Source: Laetmonice hystrix
Taxonomy: Eukaryota
Reading direction: 5' to 3'
Assembly (NCBI GenBank): GCA_965235115.1
Contig: OZ249438.1
Location: 30,690,001 to 30,754,000 of the forward strand
DNA: 64,000 nt
The notes below the pieces were generated by a model, which saw only the letters and a list, made by a program, of their open reading frames with translations, was not told the origin of the DNA and did no database searches. The translations under genes were made by a program, and so were the position numbers. This document shows, piece after piece, positions 40,398-52,500 of the stretch (the stretch's first letter is position 1; each line of letters begins with the position of its first letter).

Positions 40398-41593
40398 CGC
40401 GCCATCGGTCGATCTGACCCATCGGCCGATGGGTCTGACCCATCGGTGGATGGGTGATTGGTAAACCAGGAGACATGAAATGACATGAAAACCTAGAGGA
40501 GACAACCTCTCAACCGGAGCCGCAGGCCTCCCTTCAGTCAAGAACTCAGATCCCCCAGCCACCTCCGCCCGAGACCACCCAGCCACCTCTTGCCCAGACC
40601 TGACACCCACCTCCTGTCCAGACCCAACACCCACCTCCTGTCCAGACCTCACACCCACCTCCTGTCCAGACCCCACACCCACCTCCTGTCCAGACCTCAC
40701 ACCCACCTCCTGTCCAGACCCCACACCCACCTCCTGTCCAGACCTCACACCCACCTCCTGTCCAGACCTCACACCCACCTCCTGTCCAGACCCCACACCC
40801 ACCTCCTGTCCAGACCTCACACCCACCTCCTGTCCAGACCCCACACTCACCTCCTGCCAGACCCCACACCCACCTCCTGCCAGACCCCACACCCACCGCC
40901 TGTCCAGACCCCACACCCACCTCATGTCCAGACCTCACACCCACCTTATGTCCAGACCCCACACCCACCTCCTGTCCAGACACCACACCCACCTCATGTC
41001 CAGACCTCACACCCACCTCCTGTCCAGACACCACACCCACCTCATGTCCAGACCCCACACCCACCTCCTATCCAGACCCCACACCCACCTCCTGCCAGAC
41101 CCCACACCCACCCCCTGTCCAGACCCCACACCCACCTCCTGCCAGACCCCACACCCACCTCCTGCCAGGCCCCACACCCACCCCCTGTCCAGACCCCACA
41201 CCCACCTCCTGTCCAGACCTCACACCCACCTCCTGTCATTAAATCGGTCACCATTGTTGCCATGTTTGATTACCCCCGGATTTACCCGCTGCTACTCAAC
41301 TTTTTTTCACACACATTTCAAGTTCTGTTAAAGTCTTAAAAGTTAGGGTGCCTACGTCTAAACGTTTTTTCTTCATGATAACTACAGTATAGTCCGTTTT
41401 ATGTATTGCATCCATGTGTTCTGTTTACCAACCACCCATCCACCGATGGGTCTGACCCATCGGCCGATGGGCCGCGACCCTGGCGCGCCGCGCATCCACC
41501 GATGGGTCGCCCATCGGTCGATGGGCGACCCGTTGGCCGATCCACCGATGGGTCTGACCCATCGGCCGATGGGTCAGATCGACCGATGGCGCG
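40398..41593. mobile_element. Foldback-like non-autonomous element with long modular palindromic TIRs, flanked by TA
   Basis: ta|cgcgccatcggtcgatctgacccatcggccgatgggtctgacccatcggtggat at the left matches the reverse complement of atccaccgatgggtctgacccatcggccgatgggtcagatcgaccgatggcgcg|ta at the right (~52 bp, 2 mismatches). A second inverted match pairs 40419-40468 with 41424-41470. Confidence 0.85.
40593..41236. repeat. 24-bp C-rich minisatellite, ~27 copies, inside the foldback element
   Basis: Unit cacacccacctcctgtccagacc(c/t), with occasional 23-bp units. It generates the RPHTHLLS / HPPPVQT repeat ORFs. Confidence 0.97.
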
Positions 41594-44500
41594 TACCAAT
41601 CATACTATTCAATCAGTAATTTTATCGCCTAAAGCTGCTGGTTTTTACCTGTTTCTCAGGAAAGGAAACTAAAGAGATCAGAATGAAAGTGGGTGTTCTT
41701 AACGATCTTTCCCCTCACAGGAATTTGTGTTTCAACTTCACATAATTATTGAACTTGATTTCTGGGTCAGTGAGTTTTAACGGTAGTTTCTTTCAAGTCT
41801 ACGCGATCAGAGTACAGAACAGTGTCCTTATCAGCAACATCACATGTTTATGTGAAAGAGGCTCGTCCATCATGGCACATGGTAGGGTATACAACAGAGG
41901 AGACCGTTTTGTTGAGGTATATAAGCTGTTTCGACTTGAATAATGAAAGAGCACCTAAGTAAAAACATTATGTCCGCTGTAGGACATCCTGAGATATAGC
42001 AACAACCTCATGGTCTTTTATAGTCAACTATAATAACCGAGGGGTCCAGACTTTAAAGTAATGTGCCCGAGGTTTTAAATACATTCATTAGCATATAAAC
42101 AGGAAGGATTGGTGCCCTGAGGATGTCCAGTGTTAGAGAGGGCGTTCTATGGGTGAGGTGGCCGGTACTGGCTGAAGGTGTTAGTGGTGGGCAGACCGCT
42201 GAACACTCAACTCGAGAAGTCAGTGCATTTCCCTTCTCTCTATCTATCATCTAAAATACGCTGCATTGATACGATATAACTTACCTATTTATTAGATTTT
42301 TCAAACAAGAGTTGAATGGGGGGGGGGGGGGGTTGTTAAGTAGGGAAATCTAATCTCCTTCCCAACTTTCTCACCTATCTAACCATATTGTGAAGAGTGT
42401 ACATGTAACGTCAGATATGTTGACTTGATAGACCATGAACACAATATGGAACCCAGCCCGGGTTTAACTCCAACAATTGAAATATTATATTTATCAATGC
42501 AGCTATTGTTGGTAACTGATCAAGCAGAGAACGTTTGTCTCTCCCTTCCTACGTATAGTACAGTATATTATTTACGCGACAAACGCCTATGGTATTAGGT
42601 TACATAGAGTGGACACAGGTAGGACCCTACCTGTTTGCTACTCACCTGTTCACAAAGAACAGTTAGGTGAATGATGTATAAAGTTGGGGAGATGATTTAT
42701 GACTTGTGAGTGGCCGACCAGTCATGGGTTTCGTCACAATCGAGTTCATGTAAGATTAAACGATGTTGGTAGAAACCATCGCGGAAGTATCAGGCATTTT
42801 GCTGAACCCACAGATCCCAAATAAGAACGGGTCGCTGCAGCTTACCAGACTGATTTATAGACGTTCATTTTTTTTGCTGTTACCTTGGTACCAAGATGCA
42901 CATGCATCATTTTTTTAGTGTGTTTGAGATACAGATGTGGAATTAACGAGTCGATGACATCAGACAAATGTGCAGAATGAATTCCCTTGTGCCTAAAATT
43001 TTTTCTCAGGAAAACGGATTTGGGAGCTCTAAGTTAGGTTTTAATACAATACTTGTTTATAAAGACTAATGAAAACAAATTGTGAGGATCAGTCATATGG
43101 TGGAACACGGCCTTAAGACAAATCCCAAGTAAAAATCTAAATTCTTTAATCATTTTGGTTTCCAAAAAGGTCAAATGGATCATTGGAAAAGGTTTATGAG
43201 TGCTGCGGGAGAGAGAGAGAGAGAGGGGAGGGGGGGGGGGGTGTTGTTAGGCCGACTGTTTATTGTGACAGAAGCTACCGTTGCCCGGAGATATCATGTA
43301 CAAAGTACCGACTTCTGGTTAGTATTACTGACTGCATGGATCTGTCTGGGGCATTTTTTGGATTTCGTGTCTGTGTGACTGGGTCCTTCAGGAGTCAACG
43401 AGTGTCAACTGTTTTCCTCCGCCAGCAGGCCAGTAATGTCGGTTTTTGTCATAGACGGCCAATTTGTGGCGACTGTATACATTAGCAAGTCGCTGAGACT
43501 AAAAATGGCTCTCAAGATGCCATGACATGACTTAACATAGTTCTGTGTTTTGTGGCTCACCCATAGGTTTTTACCTATGTCTATATCTGACCTTCACACT
43601 TCAAAATGATCGAACAGAGTGGGCTTTCTGTCGTTAACGTACTTGAGGTCTATAGTTAGGATTAGAGTAACAACCCAACAACAACAAAATTTACCCGTCG
43701 TAAATTATCCAGGAAAACCTGGCCCATCCCGAGCCGGTACAAACTGATAGAACCCCCGTGCAGGGTGACTGTTCGCCGGCCTATCTTCCGTTATGTGACT
43801 GGGAGAGGGGTGCAGGTCCAGGGCCCTCAGATGTAGCAAGTGGCCAGAACACCATTATATGACACTTAAATGTGTTGGATGTAGGATTTTATCAGGACAG
43901 CGCTGGTACGAAATCATCCTCGGTGATGTGTATTGTCCTCACCTCCTGAGGGTACATGGGCTGATGGTTGCCAAAAGTGGCTGGTCATCGTTTCGACCCT
44001 CTTCACTTAATGGAAGAAATCAATTTGATCTTGATCCTGGCGACCCCTGAACGAAGCGGGTTCATCATTCAGCCAGTGACATTACCCAGATCATATGTTC
44101 CATTACATATAAGTGTATCTGGTACAAGGGGGAGTAGGCCTTGGCGGGGGATATTGTAGACAAATAACGACATGAATGATGCATATGAAATTTGGTGAGA
44201 CTGCATGTTTGTTCATGCGTGCGTCAAAACCTAGCTGTCAAGAAGCAAAAATATTAATTGTTAGTCTGTGATTTTTCTTTTTGGTAACGTATTGATATAC
44301 TTGTATACTGTTTGATAAATTCGTGTACAGATATCTGATTTTTGTCTACTTTTGACCGGAGTCATGATTTTCAGGTGCACATTAAATATGTTAATTAGCT
44401 TTCTGGTTTGTTTCCTGTTTCCACGGTAACAGAATCAAAGTAAAGTCTCCTGTGGTTAGCATGAGAAGCAAGAATTATAAATTACTGTGTGACTAAGAAA

Positions 44501-45129
44501 TATCACCTCAAAGTATCATATCCTTCCAAACTACGTCGCCATTACATGATGCTAGTTTCTCAAGGTTTTGTTCAGGATAACAAAAAAAGGCTTGGGGTAA
44601 ATTAATGAATTTAGATCTAGGATAAAAGGGTTTTGATTTGAAAACTGTTAGTACCGACGATTGGTACACATTGCAAGCATAGACGTTATCTTACTGACGG
44701 TCACAGCTCTTGCATAATGTTACTGACCGTTGTATAATGAGTTGAGAAGTACGAAGCTATCATACGGTAAGATAAAACAACAGCAGGTAGTCGTCGGTTC
44801 TTTGACCTGATCAGTTGAACACCGTGGGGACTCCCACGTGGGTCTCCCGTAGCGATTATGAAATTACCATGGCAATACCTTCAACAGGCTGATTCATCAT
44901 CGTCAAGCAACAGCCAGCGGGTAAATAAAGGGTTGCCATGACAACCACGTTGTTTTGACTGTGTTTTCTAGTATTTCTATAGTTGGGTGTTCTCACAGTG
45001 TAAGCTGACTGTCGGGTTATCATGTTGAGGTCTGCACAGTTGCTAGGGAAAGGTCACGGAGGAAGTGAATAAATAATGCTTTCTGATTGGCTGGATGAAT
45101 GGCATGGCCATGGAGATCATTCGACTTCT

Positions 45130-45342
45130 GACTGCATTAACCATAATTTTCATTCACTGAAAACATCGTCCATTGTCGTTGAGAAGTCTGATTTATGATT
45201 TTATGAAGAAATCTTTCAACAGTCCAGGAAGCCGAGGGAGGGTACAAAGTACAATGACTGCATTGTCCAATCGTTGAAAAGTCTGATTTCTGATTTTATG
45301 AAGAAAATTTTCAGGAAGCTAAGGGAGGGCACAAAGTACAAT
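45130..45342. repeat. Imperfect tandem duplication (~125 bp and ~87 bp copies)
   Basis: gactgcatt...tcgttga(g/a)aagtctgattt(a/c)tgattttatgaagaaa...caggaagc...agggaggg(t/c)acaaagtacaat occurs twice. Confidence 0.85.
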
Positions 45343-45460
45343 TCCACTATATTTCAAACTGCTGTAAAGTTAATAAAAAGAGGATTATATAAACTTGAAT
45401 GATTTGGGGAATAATCATTCTCTTTGCACAATATTAAAATTTTAACAAGTAACTTATAGA

Positions 45461-45823
45461 CAGGTTTCCCACAAGACCTGGAAAACCTGGAAAACTTGGA
45501 AAATGATACAAACCTTTAAACATCATGGAAATATCATGGAATTTCAAAAATCCAGTAAAAAGCCTGGAATTTTAGGGTCAGACCTGGAAAATAATCATTA
45601 TTATGTACCGGTACCTCACTACATTTATATTAAGCCTAGGATAATATCAGTCGCCCCTCTTTTTGAAATTATTGGTAGGCCAGACCTAAATATTTCAAAT
45701 GAGGAAATTCTCAATTTTATTCCAAGATGCTGGGAAATAGAGTTTTTTGCCTTCTAAATTCAAAAATGTCAAAATCATGGAAAAATCATGGAATTTCATA
45801 TCAGAAAGTATGTGGGAACCCTG
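45461..45823. mobile_element. hAT-like MITE (363 bp)
   Basis: Ends caggtttcccaca / tgtgggaaccctg match 12 of 13. Subterminal repeats cctggaaaa and atcatggaa are present. Flanks ttataga / ttacaga look like a degenerate TSD. CAGGG...CCCTG termini are typical of hAT elements. Confidence 0.8.
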
Positions 45824-48704
45824 TTACAGACTTAATGTGCACTGTAGGAATAGAGATGGACGAGATGACTTGTTTTTGCCGTAAATTTTGAACGGGTATA
45901 AAATTGAATTCGGGGAAGTATTTAAGCTTCTTTTGAATCATTGGCGACTGCCTGCCAACTAATATTTAGACTGATCTTTATGAGCGCCATATTAGAGTGT
46001 CTGAGACTCGGTAAACCTGACCTGACCGGTAAACCTGGTCACTGAAGTCGGTCAGAGGTCACGATTACCATGTCGTCGAGGTAACGGCGTCACGCCAAGC
46101 CTTCGGCGGTCGAGTACAACCGTGGCGCCACTAACGGGACCAGTGGTGCCACCTGTATGGTCGCTGACTGAAGCAATCCTCGGTGAGGCCCAAACAGTAT
46201 AGACTTTATATTCGCTCTGGAAATTTCTGTCGCTGTTTACAGTACTATGATTTCCAACTAAGAATGGTAGGCTTTCTCAGTTTGCATTGTACACCAAACT
46301 ATGCATTTGCCTTTAATACCTCGATCTATATGCCCCACTTGCTTCGTGGACGCAATTAACAAATGGCATCTTCTCAACTCAACCGTTATTGGGGTAAAAA
46401 TATCAAGCTAGATAAATTGGTTCAGGATGGTATCACTAACTGCCCCATGCCCCCTTTGAGATTCCCCATACTGTACATCAAAGACTAACTCAAACTCGCT
46501 CTAGTTGATTGGCCAGTCGAATACATAAATTATACTCATACTGATAAAAAGTATTACTGTTTAAAAAGTAGACATCTCAATGTGAAGCAAAGAGAGGCTT
46601 AGAAGTTAGAGGCACGCTAAAAAACAACCTGAGGACACAACCAGACATGGGTGGCTATAAATCTGGCCGCTGATAGCCTTATCACATCTGACTCAGGTGA
46701 GTGAGGTTGGCGACTCCTGGGCGAGTTGTCGGTATTATCCATAGGTGTCGCTGCATAAACCTCGGCACGGCCGCCCACCGCCCACCCATTCTCATCAGTC
46801 GGTACCAGACGCCAGGTAACAAACGCTCCTCTGTAGTTTACAGACGCCAACCCTCCCCCAGTACAGCACGTTGATTCATCAGCCAAGGCCTAGAGGGCAG
46901 CACGTAGCTTATCAACTCGCCACGACTTATTATTGTGATACGATGTTACATTTATCTTTCACTAGATTTATCACATTGAATAGCCATGAGACAAAATGAC
47001 TTCATACTCAGATGTATACATCCATGCTGTACATACACTTCTTACATAAAACACACCATCAACTACATGTAAGGAACCGAATGATACCATATGTAATGAG
47101 TAATGTCTAAATAAACAAAAATCGGTACTACAGAGGTACGTAAACTCTCATGGCCTTCATTTTTACCTTTTGATTGACGAACATTGAGACTGGCAGATGG
47201 TGGTAGTACCAGTGAATAGCACCAGGTGGCTACGGTTTAATGCCTTAACCTGGCAGCCATCTGCAGTTTGCCCAGCTGAGGTCTGCCCCACTGCTCCATC
47301 CTGAGCCAGCCACCAGCACTGCTTGTCCACCTTGGAATGGCCCAAGTTGGGGGAAGAAAACCAAGGGCAACTCAAAATACCTTCCCAGAAGAAAAAAGAT
47401 TCTGTGTGGTTTTTAAGAGAAGTAATTTCATTGTGTATCAAAAATAAAAGAATTTAGTAAACACAAGTTAGGAGACTTTCTTTCTCAGTCTATCGACTCA
47501 GTTACTCAATAACTCTTTATCTGAGAAAGGCCTCATTATTTTTGTCACAAGAGCGTACATATAGTGGATTCCCTCCGTCAGTGACTTGTTCTGTGCGTAT
47601 TTGAGAGTTCTGAAATTGGAATTGCATTCAAACCTATCTATGAGGCCTCCAAGTAAAACGGTAAAAACTGGGTCAGTAGGTGTGCATCCAGGCTATGAGT
47701 TCTAGGTAAGAGCATGTGTAACACATCAATGGGAAAGGTTCAATGCTTGTAGTTTTGGGAAAGTGCTAAATTGTAAGGGCGACCGAGAGCTGATGTCATT
47801 TGGGACAGTTGTCTCATTTTCCAGACTTTCCACTGCCAGTAATAATTGTCACGCATGCAAGGGGACTTTGAGCGGTGGGACCTCTCTGTTGATATGTATC
47901 AAACAAAACACAGTCATGAAAGAGTTGTGAGACATGGCAACTTAACTTTATGAATAGGCATACGTCGGCACTATTTCTAAAAGTCTGCCCTGGAACATAC
48001 ACTCATTTTAGTTTCCATGAAACTAATAATGAAACAACCTTCTCATTAAACCTCTCCTGGAACAATGTATACCATGTGCCCTGGTTTTTGTTGTTGACAT
48101 TTTACTGTGGTGCTGGGCTTGACCTTGAAGTTATTTCTTCTGTGAAATTAGGCTGGCATTGACTTCGTTACCAGAGAGCCAAGAGTTCCATTGGAACACT
48201 CAGTTCCTCAAACAGAGATGCTGGACCATATTCCCGTAGGCAGGTCAACAGATTACGTTCACCCCAATAGACTTCTAACACAGTAAGAACCTGATTCAAC
48301 ACAAAACGTTAGGTCTGTTAGCATTACCATATATTTCTGTAATTTCTTTTAAAAAGGTCCGACAGTCTACTTCTGATGTAATCGTGCAACAAAACAAAAT
48401 ATGTTTATGATAAAGGTCAACATTTAAATACCAAGTAATTGTTATTATTTCAGAAAGATTTGAGGCCCACATGGTATTAAAATGTCAGGAATCATTAACA
48501 TATGCTTTGAAGCCGGACCTACATCAACTCCTGCAATTCATAATAGTCAAGTTCTTGTGTACCCACACTTACAATAGGTGTGGAGCTGCCAAAACTCTAC
48601 ATGTTAAAAAGAATTAGCTCAAGTAGAGAGTTAATGACTACGTAATTCTTTTCTCACACGAAACCCGTGTTACAGGAATCAAACATGAAATGAAATGTTA
48701 TTAA

Positions 48705-49206
48705 AGGAAATATGTCACGGGGGGTATCGACCGAAATCTTCAGTTTTCTGCTTAACAGCTTTTCATATTGATTCTGTTAACACATACTACGAGTAGACAG
48801 CTGTGAAATTCTCCCTAATGTAGAAAAATGAATAAAACTAGCTGCAGTGTCCGCAAAGTGCGTTGAATCCGCCATTTTGGCCCGCATTGGCTGCCGCGAA
48901 TCGTTTGAACGGGTCCCATGATCACGTGACTCTCGCTGCGATTACTCGAGATGTAGACATGGGACTATAATGGCCCATCCGCCAATCGTGTGAAAAGGGT
49001 GCAAAACACAGCCGGCTGCAAATCCCGGGGTCTCGGAATCTAAGTGTGTCATTTTCAGTGACCGCATTAAGAATTGGCGATTTTCTTTTACAAAATACCG
49101 ACCAAAGCTACATAAACAGGTAGGGACCTTTGGGGCATATCGGAGAACCGCAGACATATTTTTGTTGAAACACGACGTATTATTTGAAATTCGTGACATA
49201 TTACCT
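48705..49206. mobile_element. Kolobok-like MITE (502 bp)
   Basis: ttaa|aggaaatatgtcacg ... cgtgacatattacct|ttaa gives a 15-bp TIR with 1 mismatch and a TTAA TSD. AGG...CCT ends favour Kolobok over piggyBac, which has CCY ends. Confidence 0.85.
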
Positions 49207-49540
49207 TTAAGAATTAAAGCAAATTAAAATATGTATCAGTAGGGCCTAATCCAGTTATCTTCATCCAACCCCACCCCACCACCAATTCACGTTCAGTTAT
49301 AGGTTATTAGGATAATTAGTCCTTCAGCTGCGTCTGAAGATGGAAGAAGTGACTAAATACCCCTCCACACCCCACCACACCCTCTCCACCGACATCCTCA
49401 CTACGTACACTGGATTTCATTGAATCACTGAACTGTTATCTTACTACCGTACCTCGTTGCACCCCATTTCCAGTTTCAGCCTAATTACTTTCAGTATCCA
49501 GTTAGGTCCTATCTCTAGATTCACCTCAACTTAAAATAAC

Positions 49541-49592
49541 CAGGGTTGGCAAGCTGCGAAATTGCAAAACCAAAATAAGAATTGCCAACGTT
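49541..49592. mobile_element. Possible tiny hAT-like remnant
   Basis: cagggttggcaa ... ttgccaacgtt gives an 8-bp perfect inverted repeat about 50 bp apart. It is short enough to be chance. Confidence 0.25.
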
Positions 49593-52500
49593 TTATACAA
49601 CACTCTTCTATCAGTTCACATCACTCATACCTAGCCTGTCGTTTTCAGTCTCCTGCTGTCGCTAGTAATATATCATTCCAACTTTTTGTTTTATTGGTAT
49701 TTTTTTATGTGAGTAAATGTTAACTGGAAATTTCATGTTCATGGTATTCGATTTTCCCGTAACCAGGTTATATCACGAGGTGCCAGTCGGTACAAGGTAA
49801 TCAGTGCAAAACACGGTCTTGCACGTCTGAACGCAGTTAAAGGTTGATATGTAACTTTCTCATGTGTGATGTGACCCTACACGAAATTAGGAATTCATGT
49901 CTTTTTGGCTTTGTTTTTGGACCTTTTCAAGGCTGCCTGCTAAAAGCTTTCGATGGTTTCCTATAATATCTCTGGTTTCTGTTTACTTAAGACATGATAC
50001 CATTTCCTACCAGCAGCAGCAGGCGAATTTCTGGCTCCTGGTGTGCTGGGTCTGACTCACAGAAGTAAAATAAGGAAGTTTATGGCATGTTTTGCAGTTA
50101 TACCAGATGTTCAAGAAAAGAAAAAAGATACACATGTAACCTTTGAATATCTTCCCACGCACGTTATTTTTATTGATAGCCCGTAGCTGCTATGTATGTA
50201 TTACTTGCCGAATCATTATTGAGAATGTACTGTATTACCATAAATCATAATAGAAGACCTGAATAGGTATGACGTACATATATGGAAGTGCATGTCCTCA
50301 ATATTGAGTGCTGTCTGGTGAGGTTTCTCTAGCTCATGACATTGTTTCTGTTTGCATATTGATATGTCTTACCGGTAACTGATGGAATGTGTAGAACTTT
50401 GAGAAACAATCGGAAGACTTTATTATATACCTCGTACAGTGCAGTGTGAAGAATGTGAACCAATACGAGTGAACTGTGTACCGGGAACTGAGGGGTTCGT
50501 GTCTTACTCGTGCTTGGCAGCAAGTCCTTCCGTGATGTGTTTTCCAAACCTTGCGACCGTCTTTCATGATGGTGCACACAGCACGCCTGCCTTGCCATGC
50601 AAGCCTTATATATTTCCTGGTTCTTAAAGAAACAAGAGTTGGCTCGCCGCCAGTCTCGACAGAGAACAGCATGTTACAAATTGAAAGCCTTGTGCTGACT
50701 TAGATCTGGTTTCCTCTCCTGGTAGTCCTGAGAGCGAAGACAGTGATAATGTTATAAGCCGGACCTGTTGTCAGCCTTAGCCAAAATGCATCCAGCCAAA
50801 TAAAGTGCTACGCCACAGGCCTCTGTTTATCGTATCATGGTGTTTTTGGCAGGATTTCTTGAAGGATCGCGGGGCGTTTCCTTTACAACAAAACCGACAC
50901 AGTGGTCATAAACGTTTTGTACCAGAAGATGCGCTGATATAAAGGCTTCATTTAAAACTGGTTGGAAGTCATTCCTGTTCCAGATGACTACGCAATTATT
51001 GCTTGATTGAGGTGGTTCCATATCGTGCATATTTCTGAGCGTCACATATGTTTCTGAGCGAAAGAGGGCACTGCAGTCCAAATAAAATGCCGCATCTTAG
51101 AGCAGTAATACTGTACTGATGAGGACCTTGATAGGGACACAGTAAGTAAGACGTGCCCAAGATATCCCTTATACTTACTTTAACCACCATAGCCCCAACG
51201 TGAGCTGATTTGCTAAACCTAATGGTCGGATGCAAGAAGAATTTGTAAAGTTAATCCAAGAATGGCTTAACTTACTATCTAGCCTATAGATTTAAGGTTG
51301 GGTACATTTGGTAGTCATGTTTAACTGAATTCTATTGTGCTTGGCCAGCGAAATAAGGGCCAGTCTAAAAAAAAAGGCTTGAAAATTCCGACTTTCTAGA
51401 CACTGGGAATAGGCGTTAATCCACAGATTGGGTTAATGCCAAATGTATCAGTATTTCACAACACGCGATCTTCATGACGATCGACTTTAACCTCATTAGG
51501 TGCATTCAGATTTGAGACTCGTGGCCGTTATCATAGATGAGGATGTTCCTATGGGGAAGTCGACTTCTGCGACGACACCCAAGCTTGCCCATATATCAAA
51601 CCATCACTCTTAGACTTGTATGACTAGTGTTTTATTGGAAGTCCACGCTTTTAAGTCCAGACAGGCAGTCCAGGTTGTTCGGTAATACTCCTTCATGCCC
51701 TTTTGTCTTCCAACTGAAACACTGGTGAATAGACAGCAACATAATAACGCCAGTTAATGTATCTGAATGGATTTTGCCTTTGTGCAACCTGGCTGTCATT
51801 CTGTAAGGGTTGCTGTACCATAACTCAAGTAATTCAAACCATGTCAACCAGGTCTGTCTCATGCATAGTGACTGTAAGGTATGACAACTTTTACAGTTTT
51901 CGGTTGTCATAAAGCCTCCCGGACATTGTTTGATGGGGATAAAAGTTATTGTACTGTATGTTTTGGTGGTATTACTACCTTTCTTGTATTCGATTACTCC
52001 TATATATAGTACAAAGTAAGGGTTGATATATGTAAGAAATATGGTATCCCTTGTTTTTTCAGGTCGCAAGGATCTGTTTGCCTTTACATCCATGTAGAAG
52101 GGTAACTATACGCTTTATAGTATTTTGTCTGTCTTTATGTTGTATGACAAAAGTTTTGTGGATTTTTAAACCATTGTAAATTTCGTTGTGCTATATGGTA
52201 TTATAATATAAAGTATGTTGAGATATTTATCTTGTACTGTTCTTTTAGTTTTTCTTTGATACCTGCTGTGCATGGTGGGGCCATGAGAATTTGTTCTGAA
52301 AAAATATAGCTGAGGACGAATGAATGATGGTTAGTTTGGCCTGATACAGGAACGGGATGGGGCGGCCAGGGTGCAGCGAAATCCAAAAGTTGAAAGGGCT
52401 GATATGTCAACTCTTCTTGATAAAGATATAACAAAGGTCTTTTGAACGGACTTTATACATTGTGGGAGGCCTACCGTACTGAAGTTTTACGTTGGTCCCT

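Noticed and set aside
40395-41339. Mucin/extensin-like ORFs of 135-249 aa
   Set aside because: They are translations of a 24-bp array inside a TIR element, open on both strands, and frame-shifted by 23-bp units.
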